DNA of 64,000 nucleotides from positions 128,001-192,000 of the forward strand of contig JAXGYC010000009.1 in assembly GCA_040772485.1 (NCBI GenBank). Reading direction: 5' to 3'. The first letter of the stretch is position 1. Each line of letters begins with the position of its first letter. Below the pieces are notes generated by a model. It did no database searches, was not told where the DNA came from, and saw nothing but the letters and a program-made list of their open reading frames with translations. Positions 28,791 through 37,636 of this stretch are shown here, in pieces. The position numbers were made by a program, and so were the translations under genes. The DNA is from Sedimentisphaerales bacterium. Its GTDB lineage: Bacteria; Planctomycetota; Phycisphaerae; Sedimentisphaerales; Anaerobacaceae.

Positions 28791-29137
28791 GGTGTGCGGT
28801 GCACACCCTACGGAGCCTGATAAGAACAGGCGAACCACGACTCTGTCATTTCGAGCGCAGTCGATCCCGATATCCATCGGGACGGTCGCGAACCAGAAGC
28901 GCGTCCGGGCACAGCATAATACGGATTAGGAAAAGTCCTCGCGCGGAAGTGACTCTGTCATCCTGAGCCTCGCGAAGGATCTGGTCATGGCATGAGACGT
29001 TCTTCTCATTCGGCGCCCAGATCCATTCGGCAGGCTCTTCACTTCGTTCAGCATGACAAGGCGGAACGCTGGTTGCGAACATTCGGATTTGGGGCATTGG
29101 GATTTGTTTCGGATTTCGGGATTCGTGCTTCGAGTTT
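28791..29137. repeat. Intergenic repeat cluster: family B REP (28791-28811), family C TGTCAT..ATGACA palindromes (28844-28864, 28956-29058), heptamers (29081-29137)
   Basis: GGTGTGC-GGT-GCACACC-CTAC; TGTCATCCTGAGCCTCGCGAAGGATC...TTCACTTCGTTCAGCATGACA; ttcggat/ttggggc/ttgggat/ttcggat. Confidence 0.7.
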
Positions 29138-30289
29138 TCACCTCGGCGTCGCGGCCGGACCCCGGACGCCGCGAAAGCCCATGATCGAGCTTTCCTGAAG
29201 CGGCAGTTGCGTGGCTCCCGTGACGGCGTCGCAGCCTTCGGGCACCGCCATCCACGAGCCGCCGCGCACCATGCGGAAGCCGTCCAGTCCGGCGTGGTAC
29301 GACGTCGCGTACCAGTCCAGCGTCCATTCGGCGACGTTGCCCGCCAGATCGCACACGCCGTAGGGACTGGCGAACCGGCGAAAGCTCCCCACCGGCGCCA
29401 GACGCTCGAAGCCGTCGTCGGCGCCGTCGAAGTTGCAGCGGTAGACGCCGCCGGCGTTCGGGTCCTCGTCGCCCCAGGGGTAGCGCCGCTCCGGCAGCGG
29501 ATTGGGATGGGCTTGGGTCCGGTCGCCGTCGAGGTAGAGCCCGCCGCGAACGGCCTTCTCCCACTCGGCCTCCGTCGGCAGGCGCAGGCCACACCAGCGC
29601 AAGAAGCCCATCGCGTCGTACCACGAGACGTACGTGACCGGATAGTCCTCCCGGCCGGGGGACACGCTGTAGGTGTGGTTGCTCTCCTGGATAATGCCGC
29701 AACGCTCGGGTCGCGCCATCCGCGCGTTCCAGCCGGCGCCTTCGCCGCCCACTTCGTTCAGGTAGTCGGCGTACATCGCGATCGTCGTCTCGTATTTCGC
29801 GATGTAGTAGAGCGGCAGGTTGGGGTCGGGGTGAGTTGCGCCCGATTCGTCGAGTCCGCCGCCGGGAAGGCTCTTGAGCGAGAACCGGCCGGCCGGCACC
29901 TTCGCCATCGCGATCGCGCGGACACGAACCTCGATCTGCGCCAGGTCGGCCACGCCCGTCTGGTCGATGCCCCACCAGAGCACTTCCTTGCGGCCGGGTT
30001 TGTCCACGATGTCGAAGCCGTTGCCGCGCAGGGCGTCCATCGGGACGAGCTGCCAGGTGTCGCCCGAATCCTGGCTGTAGCGAAGGAAGACGTAGGCAGG
30101 CGATTGGGGCGTGATGTTCGGGTCCTTCAGATCGTACTCGACGACGATCTTGGGCCCGCCCAGCTCGGTGGGTTCCAGCCGCACCTTCACATCGTCCGTC
30201 GCCAGCCACCGCCCCGGCGCCGCGGCGCCCAGCGCCAGCACGACGGCGCTGCAAACCCCGATACAACAAAGCCTCCTCTGTCTCTTCAT
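29138..30289 (-). CDS. Formylglycine-generating enzyme family (FGE-sulfatase domain) protein, secreted
   Basis: [41 protein letters not shown]. Confidence 0.92.
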   Translation of the reverse strand: MKRQRRLCCIGVCSAVVLALGAAAPGRWLATDDVKVRLEPTELGGPKIVVEYDLKDPNITPQSPAYVFLRYSQDSGDTWQLVPMDALRGNGFDIVDKPGRKEVLWWGIDQTGVADLAQIEVRVRAIAMAKVPAGRFSLKSLPGGGLDESGATHPDPNLPLYYIAKYETTIAMYADYLNEVGGEGAGWNARMARPERCGIIQESNHTYSVSPGREDYPVTYVSWYDAMGFLRWCGLRLPTEAEWEKAVRGGLYLDGDRTQAHPNPLPERRYPWGDEDPNAGGVYRCNFDGADDGFERLAPVGSFRRFASPYGVCDLAGNVAEWTLDWYATSYHAGLDGFRMVRGGSWMAVPEGCDAVTGATQLPLQESSIMGFRGVRGPAATPR

Positions 30290-30338
30290 CAACACATCCT
30301 TTGATGAATTCGGCAAAGCCTCTGCATGACAAGCAGTC

Positions 30339-30438
30339 TGTCACCCCGAGCGGAACGAAGTGCAGTCGAGGGGTCTGGACATGGACAAGGCGCGCTTCCT
30401 GCTCGTGGCCAGATTCCTCGACTGCGCTCGGAATGACA
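30339..30438. repeat. Family C palindromic element
   Basis: TGTCACCCCGAGCG...GCAGTCGAGGGGTCTGG / CCAGATTCCTCGACTGCGCTCGGAATGACA. Confidence 0.7.
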
Positions 30439-30461
30439 CGGAACGGAACACCCGATTCCTG

Positions 30462-31790
30462 TCATACGTTCTCCGGGATGGTCCAGCCCGCGCGGTACTG
30501 GCGCTTGAGATACTGATTGGCCTCGTCGCAGTTCGTGAACGATTCCGTCGCGCCGTCGAATTCCAGACGCTGGTTGCCGACGCGATAGGAAATGTTCGCG
30601 ATGTGGAACGGCAGCACGGACAGGTGCCCGATCTCGACGTCGGACGTCGCCCTCTTGCGGCTGCGGATGCACTCCACGAAATTGTCCTGGTGCTCCTTGT
30701 CGCCCTGGCGTCCGTACTCGGAGTGGACCAACTCGCCGTCGCGGTCGTAGGCCTGCCAGCCGCCGCCGTGCCGTCCGAAGTACATGAAGCCTTCCGTGCC
30801 GAGAACCTCCACCTTCGTGCTGCAGAACGGCCAGTGGGGGAACTGGTCGGAGTCGCGAATACCGGCGGGGATCTTCTTCATGTACGGCGTCCAGAGCGTT
30901 GCGTCGAGCGTGATCGTCAGGTTGTCGTATTCGAACAGGGCCATCTGCGTGTCGGGCATGTCCCTGCCGTCGCGCAGGGCGCGGATGGCGCCGGTCTGCG
31001 AGACCGCCTTCGGATAGGGGATGTCGCCGGTCAGGAATCGGGCGAGATCGAACTGGTGGACCGCGTCGCCGGCGATCGGGCCGCAACTGTAGTCCCATTG
31101 ATTGAGCCACTGTCGCGATGGATTGTAGGGCCGCTTCGGCGCCGGCCCGCACCAGAGCTCATAGTCGAAGCCGTCGGGGACGGGCCCGTCCGGCGTGTCG
31201 GCCTGCTTGGGGTGCTGCATCATGTTGTACACGCGGACCAGGTACACCTCGCCCAGGTTACCGGCCAGGATGTAGTCCCGCGCCTTCTGCACGTAGGGGG
31301 CGCTGCGCGACTGCATGCCCACCTGGACCACGCGCTGGTGCTTGCGGGCGGCCTCGACCATCTTGCGCCCCTCCCAGATGCTATGGGCCAGCGGCTTCTC
31401 GACGAAGACGTCCTTGCCCGCCTGGCAGGCGAGGATCGAGCCGAGCGCGTGCCAGTGGTCGGGCGTCGCGTTGATCACCACGTCGACGCTCTTGTCGTCG
31501 AGCATCTTGCGGAAGTCCTGGAGCATCTTGGCGGGGCGGTCCTGCGCCTCTTCGACCGCCTCCCGCGCCCGCGCGAATCGGCGCGTGTTCGGGTCGCACA
31601 GGTAGGCGACCTCGGTGTCGGGCCGCTCGGCGAACTTCTCGGCCAGGTACGTGCCCCGGCCGCCCAGGCCCATCACGCCCACCACGATCTTGTCGTTGGC
31701 GCCCAGCACGCGGGCCGACGGCCACAGGGCCACCGTGCCGGCGACGCCCAGGGAGCTTCTCAGGAATGCGCGACGATTCAATGTATCCAT
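30462..31790 (-). CDS. Gfo/Idh/MocA family oxidoreductase with Tat signal
   Basis: NRRAFL, GVMGLGGRG, ATPDHWH, DVFVEKP. Confidence 0.95.
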   Translation of the reverse strand: MDTLNRRAFLRSSLGVAGTVALWPSARVLGANDKIVVGVMGLGGRGTYLAEKFAERPDTEVAYLCDPNTRRFARAREAVEEAQDRPAKMLQDFRKMLDDKSVDVVINATPDHWHALGSILACQAGKDVFVEKPLAHSIWEGRKMVEAARKHQRVVQVGMQSRSAPYVQKARDYILAGNLGEVYLVRVYNMMQHPKQADTPDGPVPDGFDYELWCGPAPKRPYNPSRQWLNQWDYSCGPIAGDAVHQFDLARFLTGDIPYPKAVSQTGAIRALRDGRDMPDTQMALFEYDNLTITLDATLWTPYMKKIPAGIRDSDQFPHWPFCSTKVEVLGTEGFMYFGRHGGGWQAYDRDGELVHSEYGRQGDKEHQDNFVECIRSRKRATSDVEIGHLSVLPFHIANISYRVGNQRLEFDGATESFTNCDEANQYLKRQYRAGWTIPENV

Positions 31791-32123
31791 CGTTTGCACC
31801 TCATCAACGCAAGTGAAACCCTTCGTGTCCGTCCCGGGTGCGTTCGCAGCGACCCCGCCGGGCGACCACACAACCCTACCCCATTCGCACCGCCGCCCGC
31901 AAGCGCAATTCTCACCCCCATCCGCGCGACTTGCCGGACGTGTCTGTGATGTGTGTGGCAGCGGCAAGCGCAGCTTGCCGATGGCCTTGACGGTGGTTTC
32001 TCCTTTCCGTCACGCCGGGCACTGCCGATAATACCTCTGGTGCATTCCGGAACGACAACGATGGGTGTGCGAAGCGCGAACGGGTGTCGGTAGCCCGGAT
32101 CACCCGGGCAACGGAGACAAATC

Positions 32124-32315
32124 ATGCAGGCCAAGAGAACGGCATGGCTCACGGCGGCAGTAGCCAGCGCGACTACGGCGGTGTTCATCGCCGCCGCCAT
32201 CATGGATCATGTCTCCGGCGTCACCGTGGTCGACGTCGGGGCTCTGCTGGTCACGGGCATCTTCGCCGGCCTCTTCCTCGGGTTCGCCCTGATGCACCCT
32301 CGCCCCGCGGCCTGA
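32124..32315 (+). CDS. Small two-TM membrane protein
   Basis: GGAG RBS; two hydrophobic helices. Confidence 0.6.
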   Translation: MQAKRTAWLTAAVASATTAVFIAAAIMDHVSGVTVVDVGALLVTGIFAGLFLGFALMHPRPAA

Positions 32316-32352
32316 TGCGGGCAGAGAATTCGATAGGTCTTGGAGTGCCACA

Positions 32353-32880
32353 ATGGCGCTGATGTCGTTCTTCAGAAAGCTGTTTGCGAAGAACCATAGA
32401 ACGCGCGAGCCCAGATTCGAGGACTATCGGATCAAGACAGGCCACACGCGTGTCGATCACGTTCCGTACGCCTGTATTGACGAGTTCTGCTCCCTCATTG
32501 CCACGGGCACGACCGAGGACGAGGCGATCTGGAATCTCAGGCCCGTATTTGAGCAGCGAGTCAGGTGGATGAAGGAGCGAGGTGAACCGATTCCATTGCC
32601 TGGAAGCGGCCGAGCGCGCGCCCGATTTGCGCCGAACGATCAGATCGAGGCCCTGCGTCCTTTCGTGGACGAATTCTGGTCGGAGATCCTGGGCACGTCG
32701 TATGGCACATCCTTCGTCTCAAACGAAAGTCGATTGTCCACGTGGGCGGAACGCTATCTTCCGGGCGGACGTGCCGAGCTGATCCAGAAAGTCAAAGACA
32801 GATACGGCGTCGACATCTCGGCCTATTATGATGAGCCAATTCCCGTCGTCCTCCGCCGCATCCAGGAGCAATCCACCTGA
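32353..32880 (+). CDS. Hypothetical protein
   Basis: GGAG RBS, 175-aa ORF with no opposing gene. Confidence 0.6.
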   Translation: MALMSFFRKLFAKNHRTREPRFEDYRIKTGHTRVDHVPYACIDEFCSLIATGTTEDEAIWNLRPVFEQRVRWMKERGEPIPLPGSGRARARFAPNDQIEALRPFVDEFWSEILGTSYGTSFVSNESRLSTWAERYLPGGRAELIQKVKDRYGVDISAYYDEPIPVVLRRIQEQST

Positions 32881-32900
32881 CTACCGGGGGCATGCGCGGT

Positions 32901-33137
32901 TCACTGGGTGGGCGGCACGTTGGCCTGGCCGTCGTATTGGAAGACGTCTTCGACGGTGGCGCCGAAAGCGCGGGCGATGCGGAAGGCCAGCGGCAGTGAC
33001 GGCGCGTATTTGCCCGCTTCGATGGCGATGATCGTCTGCCGTGTCACGCCGGCCTTGTCGGCCAACTGCTGCTGCGTCATCTCTCCATGATCGAACCGCA
33101 GTCGCCGGATGCGGTTGCTCAGGTTGGTCTCACCCAT
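32901..33137 (-). CDS. XRE family HTH transcriptional regulator
   Basis: NRIRRLR...MTQQQLADKAGVTRQTIIAIEAGKYAPSLPLAFRIA. Confidence 0.95.
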   Translation of the reverse strand: MGETNLSNRIRRLRFDHGEMTQQQLADKAGVTRQTIIAIEAGKYAPSLPLAFRIARAFGATVEDVFQYDGQANVPPTQ

Positions 33138-33558
33138 GGTCGTCCTCCAGTTCGCACTGAACCAGAATCGCCATGGAGTGAGCAAATTGTGCGACGAATA
33201 ACGTGCTCAGGAAGATCAAGGGCAAGTAGTAGACGCGGACTACGTTCTGCCCCCCGAGGAGAAAGAATGGGACGATGCAGATGCCCGCCAGGAACACCAT
33301 GAGGACCCAGGCCGACCATGCGAATGCCCGCTTGTAGATCATCTTCTCTCGCTCGTCGAAGCCTGCTTCGAGGCTCTTCCTGCGCAACCACACATGCGTA
33401 GCCGGAGCGAACACGCACGGGATGACCAACCATACCAGCACATAGACAATACCTCGAGCATTCATCTTCGTCAGGAAGGCAAACGCCAACCCGGCGATCA
33501 GCAGGCTGCAGGTCGCGCCGGCGAGATTGACCCAGGCCGATTTCTGGAGCTTGCTCAT
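33130..33558 (-). CDS. DUF2178-like membrane protein
   Basis: Four TM segments with a DEREKMI motif; coupled to the XRE gene. Confidence 0.7.
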   Translation of the reverse strand: MSKLQKSAWVNLAGATCSLLIAGLAFAFLTKMNARGIVYVLVWLVIPCVFAPATHVWLRRKSLEAGFDEREKMIYKRAFAWSAWVLMVFLAGICIVPFFLLGGQNVVRVYYLPLIFLSTLFVAQFAHSMAILVQCELEDDHG

Positions 33559-34037
33559 TGCGTTTCTCCTTTCCGAGTCGCCGGCGCCGAAGCGTGTCGT
33601 CGTGATTCCGTGTCCCGGCCGCACTGGATCAGGACCGCGACGCTATATGCGAACAGGGCGATGAGCAGCACGACAACGTTGATAATAGGCAGTACGGATA
33701 TCGGGATCGAACCTCCATCTCCGACCATGAACGCCGGGATGGTGCTCGCCAACACGAGCGAGACCCACACGGACGCGAAGCAGGCCAGCACGGCGTTCTT
33801 CTTGATTGCCTCATCGCGTTCATCCGACACGGGTTCAGCGGGACTCTGCTTCTTGCGAACCAGGATCACCGCGACCACCGCGAATGCCACGATCAGGGCG
33901 ATCCAGAGTCTTACACGGTCCGTGCCCGCCAGTCTGTCCCCGGGGGCAAACATGGACGCGTGTACGATTCCTAAAAAGGCCAGAAGCAGCACCGCCATCC
34001 CGAGCGTGAACCAGGCGCCTTTCTGCGTTCTGTTCAT
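33555..34037 (-). CDS. DUF2178-like membrane protein, paralog
   Basis: MNRTQKGAW start, SDERDEAI motif, four TM segments. Confidence 0.7.
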   Translation of the reverse strand: MNRTQKGAWFTLGMAVLLLAFLGIVHASMFAPGDRLAGTDRVRLWIALIVAFAVVAVILVRKKQSPAEPVSDERDEAIKKNAVLACFASVWVSLVLASTIPAFMVGDGGSIPISVLPIINVVVLLIALFAYSVAVLIQCGRDTESRRHASAPATRKGETQ

Positions 34038-34102
34038 ATCCGCCTCTCCTTTCTTTAATCCGCACGAATCAGAGTCGCCGTTCTGTAATTCACACAAGAC
34101 GC

Positions 34103-34131
34103 AATGTAAAGGATACATTACATTAAGTCAA
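34103..34131 (-). promoter_or_regulatory. Promoter overlapped by a palindromic operator (probable XRE autoregulation)
   Basis: Minus strand TTGACT-17 bp-TACATT; inverted repeat AATGTAA-N8-TTACATT at 34103-34124. Confidence 0.65.
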
Positions 34132-34246
34132 GTGTTTTTTACGTAGATTCTGCGATTCTTGTTCAGAAGTAGTGGTGAGCGGAGGAGTCTGCACAGGTGG
34201 CCCTCCGGTCTGCGGCCTACGGTCTACAGCCTGAGATTTGTGGCGG

Positions 34247-35602
34247 TCAGGGGATAAACGGCAGGACACCGAAGAAGTCTATCCTGCCTTTCTTCAAGGG
34301 GTTAAGACGTTTGCCTGGGGTCCTGCGGCTTCTGTCGGGCAGTTCGAGCGGCAGTTCGAGCGAGATCGTTCCGGCGTCCTTCCGCCAGATCGCCAAGCCG
34401 ATGGCGGGTTGCCGTCCGGCTCGGAGCAGCGCCAGTTCGAAATCGAGGGTGTTGACGACGGGAGCCGAATCGGCCGCAACGATCACGTCGTCGGCTATCA
34501 GTCCCGCCCGGTCGGCGGCACCGTTCGGCTCGACCGTCTCGACCAGCAGCCCCTCGGCCACGTCCAGCCCCTTGTTGGCTGCCAGCGCCGCCGTGACGGG
34601 CGTCAATTCAACGCCGGTCGCAGGGAACTCGAAGTCGGCAACGAGCTGTCTGACGTCGGTGCCGATGATCTCGCTGGTGATCCTGCGAAGGTCCCGTCCG
34701 TCGACGGCCTCTCGCTTGGCGATCTCGGCTACGATGTCGCGAATGGTCTGCTGCCCGAAGCGGTTCTCGATCAGCAGGAGCAGGCCCAGTGCCGCGTTGT
34801 AGTAGACGCGTTCGTGCTGGCCGTGCGACGACTGCGACCACGAGAACAGACGCGCGCCGATGCGGCTCAGCTCCGAGAACGGGTCGGCGTGCAGAAGGGC
34901 TCCGATGCGTATCGGGCAATCGGGGCAGTTCGTCTCGTCGGAGAGCTTCTCGCAGGCGACGTAGCCGGCGTAGTTGGCCAGCCCGTCGCGGAACCAGCGC
35001 GTGTAGTTGTTGACGTTGCTCTGCAGTCCGAACGCGCCCCAGCCGAGGTCGGGCAGGACCCGCCCGCCTGCGCGGGCCGCCAGCGAAGTCTCGACCAGCT
35101 CGTGCACCAGCACGTACGGATAGCTGCGGTTCTGGGCCAGGATCGACGTGCAGGACTCGTCGCCCGCGCGGACGAACAGGGGCAGCGGAAACTCGTTCGG
35201 CTCGACCGTCAGTTGGATGTCGAAGTTCTCAGGCGGCTCGTCGAACCGCAGCAGATCGAGCGTGGTCGATGTGGTGATGGTCACGCCAGTCTGCCGCTCG
35301 ACCTGCGCCAACAGCCGGCCGGTGATATCGGCGATGCACCGGGCCTGGCCTTGCAGGCCGCGCTGGTAGCGCACGCGGACGCGGCCGGCGTCGACGAGGC
35401 CTTCGAACTCGATCGTCGCCAAGCCCTCGTCGTTGAGGCTGTAGTGGCCATGACTGCCGTAACGGATGTGCCAGTCCCGGTACGTTCGGCCGTCGAGAAC
35501 CGCCTCGGTGATCCCCTTGTTGACCGTCCGGCAGCCCGCCAGCGCCATCACACACAGCGCCGCCAGCCCCACCGGCCCGATCCTTCTGGTACAATTGGTC
35601 AT
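34247..35602 (-). CDS. Lipoprotein with degenerate gluzincin-like domain and C-terminal PDZ
   Basis: Lipobox LAGC; HELVE and WFRDGLANY; GLLVETVEPNGAADRAGLIADDVI. Confidence 0.75.
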   Translation of the reverse strand: MTNCTRRIGPVGLAALCVMALAGCRTVNKGITEAVLDGRTYRDWHIRYGSHGHYSLNDEGLATIEFEGLVDAGRVRVRYQRGLQGQARCIADITGRLLAQVERQTGVTITTSTTLDLLRFDEPPENFDIQLTVEPNEFPLPLFVRAGDESCTSILAQNRSYPYVLVHELVETSLAARAGGRVLPDLGWGAFGLQSNVNNYTRWFRDGLANYAGYVACEKLSDETNCPDCPIRIGALLHADPFSELSRIGARLFSWSQSSHGQHERVYYNAALGLLLLIENRFGQQTIRDIVAEIAKREAVDGRDLRRITSEIIGTDVRQLVADFEFPATGVELTPVTAALAANKGLDVAEGLLVETVEPNGAADRAGLIADDVIVAADSAPVVNTLDFELALLRAGRQPAIGLAIWRKDAGTISLELPLELPDRSRRTPGKRLNPLKKGRIDFFGVLPFIP

Positions 35603-35833
35603 ATCACACCCCAAACAGCAGCGTCCCGCACCAGCCTACCCGCCTCCGCCCCATTCGCCAAGCCGATTCCCAATCCCAAGGCCCGATCTCCAACCTCCTT
35701 GGCGACCCATCTGCGTTGCGAGCGCTGGTTCACCTCGGCGGTGAGGCCGGGAGAGACTTGTTCGGCATCGTGGCGGAAGACGTGGTATAATGACACTATC
35801 TTGCTGGGGGAAGGATGTGACTGGAGTGTTGGG

Positions 35834-37138
35834 ATGGCGGATGGGCCGGGATTGGGCGAGCTGCTGACGGCGGCGGAGTTCGGGCGGATTGCGAAGGCGT
35901 TCCGCAAGCGCTTTCGCCTCGGGCTGGAGACGACCGGTTCCGACGGGCAGGCGGTCGAGCCGTTGTGCAGTGCGGACTGTCGTCCGGCGTTCTGCACGCT
36001 GGTCCGCAGTGACGGCGAGGGCCGGGCCCGCTGCCTGTGCGAGCGCCGCCGGGCGGTGGAGATTGCCTCCCAGACGGGCCAGCCCTTCATCACCATCTGT
36101 CACGCGGGCCTCGTGCTGGTCTGTGTGCCGATGGTGGACGACGAAATCGCGCACGGCGGCCTGTTCTTCGGCAAGTGCCTCTGGGAGCCGGTTTCGCCCA
36201 TGCTGGTCCGCGACGTCGAGTCGCGCCTGGCGCCCCTGGCGATCGACCGCGACAAGGCGATCGATCTGCTCGGCGAATTGCCCGTGGTGCGCGGGCGACA
36301 GATTCACACGGCTGCGGAGTTCCTGTTCGATCTTCTCTACGAAGTGGCGGGCCTCGACGCCCGCGTCATTCGCTGGCGAAGGCAGCGGTCGCGACAGCAG
36401 TCGGAGATCGGCGAGTTCATTCAGGAACGCAAGAAGCTCGGCGCCCCATGGCAGTACCCGCTCGAAAGCGAACGGGCGCTGCTGCAAAAGGTCAAGATCG
36501 GCGATCAGACCGGCGCCAAGGAGATCCTCAACTCCATCCTCGGCACAATCCTGTTCAAGGACATCGGCGACCTGGGCATCCTCAAGGCGCGTCTGCTGGA
36601 GCTGCTGAGCGTGCTGAGCCGTGCGGCGGTCGAGGGCGGCGTTCCCGTCGAGACCATGCTGGAGAAGAACCTCGCGTTCATCAACAAGGTAATGGGGATC
36701 GACAATCAGGAAGACCTGTGCGCGTGGATCAGTGCGGCGTTGAACGATTTTCTCGAACTGGTGTACGCATCACAGGACCGTCGAAAGATCGGACAGATTC
36801 GTCCCGCGATCCACTACATCGAGGCGCACGCCGAGCAGTCGATGACGCTGGCGCACATCGCGCGGGCGTCGCATCTGAGTGTCTCGCGTCTGGCGCACGT
36901 GTTCAAGGAGCAGATGGGGATCACGATCTTCGATTATGTCACGAGCGTGCGGATCGAGCGAGCCAAACACCTGCTGCTGGCGACGGACCGCAGTTGCACA
37001 GAGATCTGCTTCGAGGTGGGTTACAACAACCAGAGCTACTTCAGCCGCACGTTCAAATCGGTCGTCGGACTGACGCCGCGGCAGTTTCGCGGCCACAATC
37101 GACGGCATGCTTCGTCCGCGACGCCACGCCAGGCGTAG
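35834..37138 (+). CDS. PocR ligand-binding domain AraC family regulator
   Basis: FCTLVRS, CHAGLV, C-terminal AraC HTH (RIERAKHLL, VGYNNQSYFSRTFK). Confidence 0.92.
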   Translation: MADGPGLGELLTAAEFGRIAKAFRKRFRLGLETTGSDGQAVEPLCSADCRPAFCTLVRSDGEGRARCLCERRRAVEIASQTGQPFITICHAGLVLVCVPMVDDEIAHGGLFFGKCLWEPVSPMLVRDVESRLAPLAIDRDKAIDLLGELPVVRGRQIHTAAEFLFDLLYEVAGLDARVIRWRRQRSRQQSEIGEFIQERKKLGAPWQYPLESERALLQKVKIGDQTGAKEILNSILGTILFKDIGDLGILKARLLELLSVLSRAAVEGGVPVETMLEKNLAFINKVMGIDNQEDLCAWISAALNDFLELVYASQDRRKIGQIRPAIHYIEAHAEQSMTLAHIARASHLSVSRLAHVFKEQMGITIFDYVTSVRIERAKHLLLATDRSCTEICFEVGYNNQSYFSRTFKSVVGLTPRQFRGHNRRHASSATPRQA

Positions 37139-37174
37139 CGCCGGGAGGTCTGCGACCCAAGGCACAAGACCACA

Positions 37175-37636
37175 TCAACGGATCGAAGGCTCCGACGTGC
37201 CGGCCCTGGGGCCGACGCAGGCCTCCGGCACGGACTCGTTGATCGTCCAGTAGAGACCCACGGCGGCGATGATCTCCACGAAACTGCGGTAATCCACGGG
37301 TTTGACGATGTACCCGGCGACGTTGTGCCGGTAGCTTTCCGCGACGTCGCTGCGATCGGTGGACGTAGTGAACACCACGATCGGGATCATCTGGAGGGCC
37401 GGATCGGCCTTGACGATCGCGATGAACTCGACGCCGTTCATGCGCGGCATGTTCAGGTCCAGCAGGATGACGCACGGAGTCGGATTGGCCGGGTCCCTCA
37501 GATAGTCCACCGCCTGCTCGCCATCGGTGACGTGCGCCAGCGGATTGGTCAGGTTCAGGTCTCGGAAGGCGCGACGCACGGTCATGGCGTCGATCACGTC
37601 GTCCTCAACCAACAGCACTGGTTTGGAGTTTCTCAC
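37175..37636 (-). CDS. Single-domain response regulator (Rcp1-like)
   Basis: GTG start; LLVEDD, ILLDLNMPRMNG, VFTTS, YIVKPV. Confidence 0.92.
   Translation of the reverse strand: MRNSKPVLLVEDDVIDAMTVRRAFRDLNLTNPLAHVTDGEQAVDYLRDPANPTPCVILLDLNMPRMNGVEFIAIVKADPALQMIPIVVFTTSTDRSDVAESYRHNVAGYIVKPVDYRSFVEIIAAVGLYWTINESVPEACVGPRAGTSEPSIR

Noticed and set aside
34238..35833. N-terminal 532 codons of the 966-aa ORF
   Set aside because: Antisense shadow of the PDZ lipoprotein; the recognisable PocR-AraC protein starts at 35834
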